DNA of 64,000 nt, taken from the NCBI GenBank assembly GCA_009602725.1, contig WELB01000030.1, positions 688,447-752,446 of the forward strand, written 5' to 3'. Shown here one piece after another: positions 53,156 through 64,000 of this stretch. Under the pieces are notes generated by a model. It was not told the origin of the DNA and ran no database searches. It saw only the letters and a list, made by a program, of their open reading frames with translations. The position numbers and the translations under genes are program-made. The DNA comes from Spirogloea muscicola (lineage: Eukaryota). Numbering within the stretch: the first letter of the stretch is position 1; the number at the start of each line of letters is the position of its first letter.

Positions 53156-54600
53156 TTGCCAGCCTATCAATGGCATCTTGGTCCTGACCTGACCACCGAT
53201 GACAAAGCTAACATGCTACATATACTAAATAGCAGTCTTTCTGCTTTTGCTTTCTCATCAGCTGATTTGGGCACCTATGTTGGTTCCAAATTTCAAATTC
53301 AGCTGACAAATGAGCAACCTATCTTCCGTCAACGTTATCCCTTGTCTAAGTTTGAAAATGATTTTATAGACAAGAAATGCCAGGAGTTGCTAGCTGTTGG
53401 TTTTATACAACCATCCCACAGCTCCTTTGCAGCACCTACTGTATTACCAGCAAAGAAAGATGAGTTTGGTAATTACACAGATCGGAGAATGTGTGGAGAT
53501 TCCCGTTTGCTCAATGCTTCCACACCTTTGGATCGTTATCCCATGCCAACGACAGAGGAGATTTTTGCTTCTGTGGGTAACAGTAAAATCTTCTCAGTAC
53601 TGGATCTTCGGCAAGGGTTTAACCAAATAGATATTGAGCCTCACGACAGGCACAAGACCGCTTTTTGGGGGGTCAGTGAAGGTGTTGGATTTTTATACGA
53701 ATGGATAAAACTGCCATTTGGTCTTAAGAATGCTCCGATCATGTTTCAGCGTGTTATGGATATGGTGTTGAAACGTATTCCATTTGCACGTTGTTACATT
53801 GACGATGTGTTGGTATTCAGCAACAGCTTTGAGGAACATTTAAGCCATATCGCCGTTGTGCTTACAACCCTTCAGCAAGCTGGCCTAAGATGTCACCCGG
53901 GCAAATGTCGTTTTGGCCTACCTGAGGTTGACTACTTGGGACACCAGATATCACACAAAGGATTGTCACCACAAGCAGCCAAAGAACAAGCAGTTCTTGA
54001 CATTCCTGAACCAACAAATCTCAAATCATTACGGTCGTTTCTTGGTTTGGCCAGCTATTATCGACGTTTAATCAAGGATTTCAGCTCCATAGCCCGGCCT
54101 CTTAATGATTTGTTGAAGAAGGATGTAAAATGGCAGTGGACTCCCCCTCGTCACCAGGCGTTTAATCAGCTTAAACATGCTCTTACTCAGGCTCCAGTTC
54201 TTCGACATCCCGATTACACTCAACTATTTTACTTACACACTGATTGGAGCAAAGTTGGCATGGGCGCCGTTTTGACTCAGCGTGACGAGAACAAACATCA
54301 TCATGTTATTGCTTATGCCAGCTGCAGTAACAATTCTGCACGACAAAAGTATTCAGCATATGAAGGGGAGTGCTTGGCTGCTATGTGGGCCATTACACAT
54401 TTCAGGCCTTACCTTCATGGTCGCTCATTCCAATTAATCACTGATCATCAACCATTACAGTGGTTGTTGACTACCCAAACTTTCAGAGGCAAGCTAGCGC
54501 GTTGGTGATCCAAATTACAGGAGTATGACTTCACAGTTGTTCATCGTCCCGGTATTCAAAATCTGGACGCCGATGCTCTGAGTCGAAGTCCAATTCCTGA
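53156..54600 (+). pseudogene. Reverse transcriptase plus RNase H (Ty3/gypsy)
   Basis: RMCGD, VLDLRQGFNQI, KTAF, LPFGLKNAP, YIDD, FLGLASYYRR; RNase H LHTDWS, YEGE, TDHQPL. Confidence 0.97.
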
Positions 54601-54899
54601 TGCTGATTCCAATCCACTTGCTCACATGACTATATGGGATAAGACAGTGTTTCCTTCTCGGCTACCTCATGCTCTGAGGTCATCCACACATAACAACTCT
54701 TCAGCATATAATCTCGACATTCCTGATGATACCTTCTTTTCTAGAGATGTCTGGTTGGACACGCCAGTTTTACAGTATCTACAAACTGGTATTTATCCTC
54801 CTGACTCTACAACAATGCAGAAGGATCGAATAAAACACCGAGCACGTCGCTATGTTTGGACTGATACCCAACTTATCAAACCAGATACTGAATACGGCA

Positions 54900-55930
54900 A
54901 TCAGATTGTTCCGCCACCTGCATTGCGGACACAAATCGTGCACGATGTTCATGCCTCCTTAGGGCATTTTGGTGTGAAGCGTACTATCAGTTTGTTGGCC
55001 ACTAAATACTGGTGGTCTGGCATCACAAACATGGTGAAACATGTTCGATCCACTTGCGAGGAATGTGATCGCATTCGCAGTACTCTTTCGTTAAAGTCAA
55101 CTCAGTTTCATCCGTTGCCCATTCACAGATTGTTCTATCGGTGGAGTTTGGATTTGGCTGGTCCTCTACGTCTGGGTAAACAAAGACCCTACGTGTTAAT
55201 CATGATTGAGCATTTTACCAAATGGGTTGAAGTGGTTGTCATTCCTACCAAGTCTAGTGTACACATCGCTGAGGCCTTTTTAGACCAAGTATTATCCAGA
55301 TTTGGCGCTTGTGCTGAGGTTCTCACGGATCAAGGTTCGGAATTTCAGGGTGAATTTCAACGTCTCTTGGACCAAACCTTTATCGATCACCAACTTACCT
55401 CACGAGACCACCCTCAAGCTGATGGCTTAGCGGAACGCATGGTTCAGACAATCAAACGTGGTCTGACAAAGTATGCTCTTCGCAAAGGCACAGAAAGGTG
55501 GAACAAATCCCTGCCATGGCTTATAATGGGATACCGAATGTCCAAACAGACATCTTTGTCAGCTTATAGCCCTTACTTTCTTCTTTATGGACGTCATCCA
55601 GTCATTCCTGTCAGTCTTCAAGCTGTGGTCACAGAAGTAGTTGACTTTGATAACCCGCAAACGTGGATGAAAGTTTGTACTGAACGGGGACGTCTGTTCA
55701 AACGTCATATGCCCATTGCTTTAGACAACCTCCGTATTGCTCAACATCGCGATACCCAACGATATGCTACAATTCGCAGTGGCAATTATCAAGCCAAACA
55801 TCAGTCGATTGCTGTCAATGACTATGTATACCTCAAGGTGAAACCTCAGGATGCACTAGATGCCTCTACAGGTCCGTTTATATACAAGGTTGTTGGCAAA
55901 AACAACTCAGGCATCATTCGTTTGCAAGGA
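54900..55930 (+). pseudogene. Integrase (HHCC plus DDE core)
   Basis: HASLGH..CEEC; SLDLAG (D), LTDQG (D), HPQADGLAER (E); SPYFLLYGR; GPFIYKV GPY/F-like motif. Confidence 0.95.
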
Positions 55931-56041
55931 TGATGTGGTAGGGAAATTTCTGATCATATCCAAAATATCACACCTTGCCATCTTACCAACATTGATACTA
56001 CAATTTACCCTACCAGGCAGTGGGTCTCTGCACACTTATCA

Positions 56042-56176
56042 TGCGAAATTTGTCATCGGGAAGACCAAGCAGCCACCATGCTGTTGTGTTCTGCTTGCAA
56101 CAAGGGGTGGCATATTCATTGTTTAACACCACCACTCACAAGTGTTCCTTCCGATGATTGGTTCTGCACAGCTTGT
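56042..56176 (+). pseudogene. PHD finger at the C-terminus of pol (not in ORF track)
   Basis: Reading through TGA 55931 in frame: CEICHREDQAATMLLCSACNKGWHIHCLTPPLTSVPSDDWFCTAC (C4HC3); stop TAG at 56216-56218. Confidence 0.93.
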
Positions 56177-56801
56177 GTGGATAATGACCCAACTCTGCGA
56201 CCTGGTCAGGACTCATAGTTGGGGGGGGGTAAACTGGAAATCATCCATCACAAGCTCCAGTGACCTTCTCATTCTGACATTACACTATCTATTTTGTTTC
56301 CAGCTTAGCAATATGCAAATTTCTCGTTTTTTTATTTTCCTTTGACAATGTTTGGCGTTGCCGGTCACGCGGATTCAATGTTGTCACCTGCATTTCTCAC
56401 ACATCTCTCCTATCGACGTTAACTAGCAACCGACACCATGTAGCACGACAGCGCTGCTCAATTTGCCGTCAGTCTTGTCGTGGAAGTCCCCTATCTCAGC
56501 CAGGCATGGCATACTTGGTGTCGCTTATCAACTTTCAGGCTTGGATTGGAAGGGTTTGCACATCTTGGGCACCACTGGATTGGTTATAAATTGGGTGGTC
56601 GAGACATAGCATGCACTGTCAAAGGACGCCAAGTTGCAGGGGAAGGGGCAGCCACTGCTGCCTTGTCAAATACTCAGTCGAGGGGGCACAGCAACAGCTC
56701 TCTGGGTATGAAGCGAGTTGGGGAGTGGTGCTGTGAACAAGTAGCCCATTTGAACAAGCTGCCCGAGTGTGGAGTGAGTGATGCCACAACACCGTGGCAC
56801 C

Positions 56802-57183
56802 TCACGGCGAGTAGTCGTACTCGTAGGGCGTGATGCCGAGCATGGCGCTGACGGTGAGGTAGGTAAGGTAGAAGCCGCCGGAGAGGGCGGCGAGCGTGAG
56901 GACGGCGGAGAGGGGCCGGCGGAGGAGGTCCCCGATGGGGCGCGCGATGGAGTAGAGGCCGCCGGTGAGCACGGTGAAGAAGAAGGAGATGTAGCGCGTC
57001 ACGTTCTCCCAGAACTCCTCAGCCAGCGGGCCGTCGGGGCCCAGCGCCAGCGCGGTCATGTCGACGTCCAGGCCCGCCTTGGCGTGTGACGCCGCAGCGG
57101 CCGCCTCTGCCGCGTCGGCGCAGGCCGCGCCGGCCAGCAGAGCCAGGCCGACGCCGAGCCCGAGGCCGCGCGCCACAAACAGN
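56802..57183 (-). CDS. Ycf33-like (DUF751) chloroplast protein; 5' end interrupted by n
   Basis: ALALGPDGPLAEEFWENVTRYISFFFTVLTGG..LLRRPLSAV..TVSAMLG. Confidence 0.85.
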
Positions 57184-57184
57184 A

Positions 57185-57400
57185 GGGAAAGAGGCACTCC
57201 GCCGAGACCCAGAGGCGGCGGCCATAGCACGGCCTGCTCGCGTGTGGACGGCGTGGGCAAGGGAGCGTTGAGGCGATTGGGAGCGCTGGAGGGACAGATA
57301 ATCGCATGCGGTAGCAGGACACAAGACCCAAAGGCAGCGAGCCTCCAGGCCGTGCTGCACCCTGTTCCCGGCGCCGCTGGTCACCTTGAGATGCCGAATT
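57185..57400 (-). mobile_element. 3' end remnant of RLE/CRE-like retrotransposon family
   Basis: Reverse strand YRMRLSV.LQRSQSPQRSLAHAVHTRAGRAMAAASG matches 22628-22745. Confidence 0.7.
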
Positions 57401-57644
57401 GAAGGTCGTCTCGAGGGCATGGCTGAACAAATCTCCAGACCATGATCTCCAGTCAATGACCGCAAGCCGGAGTGATCATCAGCCGGGAAGGACCGCGGCA
57501 ACAGCCTGGCGGCGTGACGGTAGACCACTGGCGGGCCCGTTCCGGATTCAAAAGCGGCCCCAGAGCCCGCCGCAGGAGTCGCAGCCTCCCAGAGCAGAGC
57601 CCCAAGCCCCACCCCGGCCGCTCTCGCCACCGCGCGCTGCGGCC

Positions 57645-60979
<3,335 letters not shown>

Positions 60980-61477
60980 ACCTAGTCCTACACTCAGTGC
61001 CTGCAGATGCTTCAGTGCAATCACAACTGTGCCACCTTGGCCAGCTTTGTTGTATCAGCCTTGTTGTATGCCCACAGCACCAGCTAGTGCCACTTGCTTA
61101 CGATTCTGTACTGCGCCGTTGCAAGTTTCTCGGAAAGGGTTCAGCAAAGCAGCAGATGCAGCGCAAAGGGTGAGGGGCGTGCCAACAAGAGAGGTGGACA
61201 CTGGACAAGCAGCTGTCAAAAAATGAATTGCCCCACTCCTCAGGAACAGAGGTCCACTAGTCTGGTCCGCCAGGCCCTTTTGCAAGCCAGCGGTGCAAAC
61301 AAGGCCACTGCTACAAGGCTGTACTGCATCATGCAAATTGCAGCACAGTAACTTACTCTGATGGTATGTGGGGTCAAGCTTGAAGCCTGAGTCTTGGCAG
61401 CACTTGCACCCACATCTGCAAAGCTTTCTCCATCTGAGGAGCAAAATGCCGATTTCCCTACTTGCACGCACAACTCC

Positions 61478-63098
61478 CTATGCTGGCAGGTGCAGCTTCT
61501 TATTATTCTTCCAGCTGCATTGCCACAGGTTTGACCATAGAATCAGTGCCTTGCAAGGCTGACATAGGTGGGGCAAGTTCTTCAGTGGCAGGTTACTTAA
61601 CAGGAAGCAGCCAATGAGCACCATGTGCATACTTGGCAGGTAGGGAGTTTGTTCACCTATTGAGGTAGTAGTAGAAGAAGTCAGCGTAAAGGGCCGTCTG
61701 TATAATGCCTGAAATCCAGACTGCATGAACACATGGAAGGGGAGCGAACCAGCATCAGCCTTGATAGCAAGTGCACCTCTAGTGATGATTGGCAGACGTA
61801 GGAGCACAATACAATCGTGGGGAGAGCCTGCTCCCAATGATACACGTTCAAACAAGTCACTTGCCTATCCACTGCTTGTGCTTGGGCTCTGTGAAGTATC
61901 TCCATATCCAATTTAGTAGATAGAAGGCGCGGTATGCTCTGCTCCATGGCGTAGGTGAGGAGCGTAACAGTGCAATGGTCAGCCGCCAATGCCGTACTAG
62001 TTGCACAGCAGATGTGCAGCTCACATATTGCACTAACACAATGCAATTTCCAGCTTCTCTGCTGCCCGTCACAGCTACCATGGTCTCGTCTTATGCTGAC
62101 CTGACCCTAGCGTCAGGCTTCTCACAGAAAGCAAGCCCAAGCGAGCATACCCCAGGAAGAATACGTAGTTGCCTGTCAGGTTGTCAACATTCTTGGTCCT
62201 CTGCAGTAAGACCAGCTGAGGCAGAATTGCTACGGCCTCCAGATAAATAGAGAATGTCCACAGGACCTGCCAATATGCCACACAATATGTGAATTGACCA
62301 TTGCTGACAAGCCGGGCTGTGCCAGCAACCTTTAGGTTCCCTCACTGCCATGTGTTGAGCATGGGATTGTGGTTGGGACGGGCAGACAATGGGCCACTTC
62401 ACGACAGGCCAGGAACCATGCAGCCTGCGCCGAATCGATGCTGCAATGCGCAGGCATAGTCAGCCGAGCTTTCGGCCAGGAACGCCAGCACGCACTGACC
62501 TCTAGGGGCTTGTAACCATTGTTGATGAGCAGCGCGAGGACGGCACAGGGCACGATGAGGAAGACGTGCCGGAACGTATCCTGCTCCTTGTCGTACGACT
62601 GCCGCACGACCTTGTGCGAGCGCATGTACCAGACAATGGAGCAGGAGCTCCCGAGGAAGATGAGCTTCATCACCGTGTTGTACAGCGAGACGAAGTTGGT
62701 GAACAGATCCAGGTAGCGCGTCGCGAAGACGAGCGCGTACAGCTCCTGCGTCTTCAGCGACAGCCCTGCAGAATGCAGGCAGGCAGGCAGGGCTTGCACA
62801 CGCCATCAGGCAGCGCTCGTCGCCGAGGCCGCTGGTGACAGGGCCACACCACGAGGCGCGTGTTGACGACTGGGACGAAAATGACAGCCGGGCGTCCCAA
62901 TGGCTGTGATGATTCTGCCAGCGATGAATCATGCCAGGTCGACGCAGGACGTGGGCTAATCCCTAGGGGAGCGGCGGCGATGGCAGTGGCGGCGGCGGCG
63001 GGCGGACCTGCGCAGGACTTGATGGTGTGGATCTTGAGGAGCAGCAGGCAGATGCTCATCAGGTGCGTCATGTCGCCGGCCAGCCGGAAGATGTTCAT
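61478..63098 (-). CDS. ERD2: ER lumen protein-retaining (KDEL/HDEL) receptor, multi-exon
   Basis: [18 protein letters not shown] / [21 protein letters not shown] / [17 protein letters not shown] / [11 protein letters not shown] / [12 protein letters not shown] / [11 protein letters not shown]. Confidence 0.97.
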
Positions 63099-63211
63099 CG
63101 TGGCGGTGGTGGCGAGGCGCGTGCGCTCTCGCGCTTCCCGGGACGGTCGCCGGCCGAGCGGCTCTCACAGCCCTGCGCGGCGTAGGTGTCGCAGCCTCGC
63201 CGCCGCCGCCT

Positions 63212-63253
<42 letters not shown>

Positions 63254-63942
63254 CCCTTCGCCTCACCAGCTGAAGCAGGCCGCCGCCATCCCCCCACCGC
63301 TCGAGCTTGCGAGCCGGAATGCTCCGCGGCAACCCCGAGCCCGCAGCCAGCAGGTGCGGCGGCCGCCGCGCCAAATCCTTGCCGCCGCGCCGCCGCCGCC
63401 GCCGCCGCAGGACTGCCGGCGGGCGCGGGGACCGTCGGGGAGGGCCGCGAGGAATCTGTGGTTTGGCCCAATCGAGCAGCCTTCACCTGCTCAACTCTGC
63501 AGTACTGAATATCTGCAAGTTGGCTCTAGGATCTGCCGATGCGCAGATCTGCCGGGGCGCGCCGAACGGTCGGGGCCTGGGGCTCCCTTCCGGGGCTACA
63601 CGTGGCGCAGGACGACAGCACGAGGCGGCCAACGGGACTGCCGGCGGCGTCCCTCGGCGACGGCCACCACCGTTCCGTTTGTGTCAAGGGGCGCGTCTGG
63701 AGCGTGCAAAACTTGGAGGAAGGTGAATTTCTATCAGAAGAAGAGTCTCTCTCTATATCAGATTATTAGACCCAATCTCCCAGCGGCTTCAGCATTGGTT
63801 AACGGAATCCAGACGGCGTGCCGCTACCCAAGCGGCGCCCGCTGCTGGAACCGGACCAGCGCTGCGCCCCGTCCCTTACGGCGCCTACCGCCGCCGCCGG
63901 TCGTGGCAGCCCCGATCACCCCGACCGCCACGCCGCATCGAG

Positions 63943-64000
63943 ATGAGGGCCGCCGCCGCCGCCGCCCGCCTGGCGGCCCGCGCAGCCTCTGCCGCCCGGC
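63943..64000 (+). CDS. Possible start of the next gene (organelle targeting-peptide-like N-terminus), truncated by window edge
   Basis: ATG followed by MRAAAAAARLAARAASAAR in a GC-rich region divergent from ERD2. Confidence 0.3.
   Translation, partial: MRAAAAAARLAARAASAAR

Larger units (their letters stand above)
49008..56230 (+). mobile_element. Degenerate Ty3/gypsy LTR-type retrotransposon internal region: gag-PR-DNMT-RT-RH-IN-PHD; paired LTRs not found
   Basis: PR-RT-RH-IN order is Ty3/gypsy. Five in-frame stops (50386, 52397, 53120, 54506, 55931) and two frameshifts (about 51310 and 51780). G9 tract follows the final stop. Confidence 0.95.

Overview
Compact, intron-rich eukaryotic nuclear DNA from a green-lineage organism, most likely a streptophyte alga. 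Evidence: plant-type RUNKEL, PCO, HVA22, Ycf20, Ycf33 and fibrillin genes, GT-AG introns, and GC-rich (GCC)n 5' ends. It is a draft assembly with N gaps. The window holds about 16 ordinary spliced housekeeping genes (proteasome beta2, fibrillin, Ycf20, UFD1, zf-HIT/BCD1, zeta-COP, RPT5, TM9SF, HVA22-like, RUNKEL/ULK4, GINS PSF2, PCO, RFT1, PI31, Ycf33, adenosine kinase, ERD2) and one tRNA-Ala(AGC). The standout is a decayed Ty3/gypsy retrotransposon at about 49.0-56.3 kb. Its polyprotein carries a complete C5 DNA-cytosine methyltransferase domain between protease and reverse transcriptase, plus a PHD finger after the integrase that the ORF track misses behind an in-frame stop. A second pattern is about 12 fragments of an RLE-type (CRE-like) non-LTR retrotransposon family with a conserved 3' hairpin, mostly next to gene 5' ends. 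Exon boundaries and motifs were read by eye; no database searches were run.
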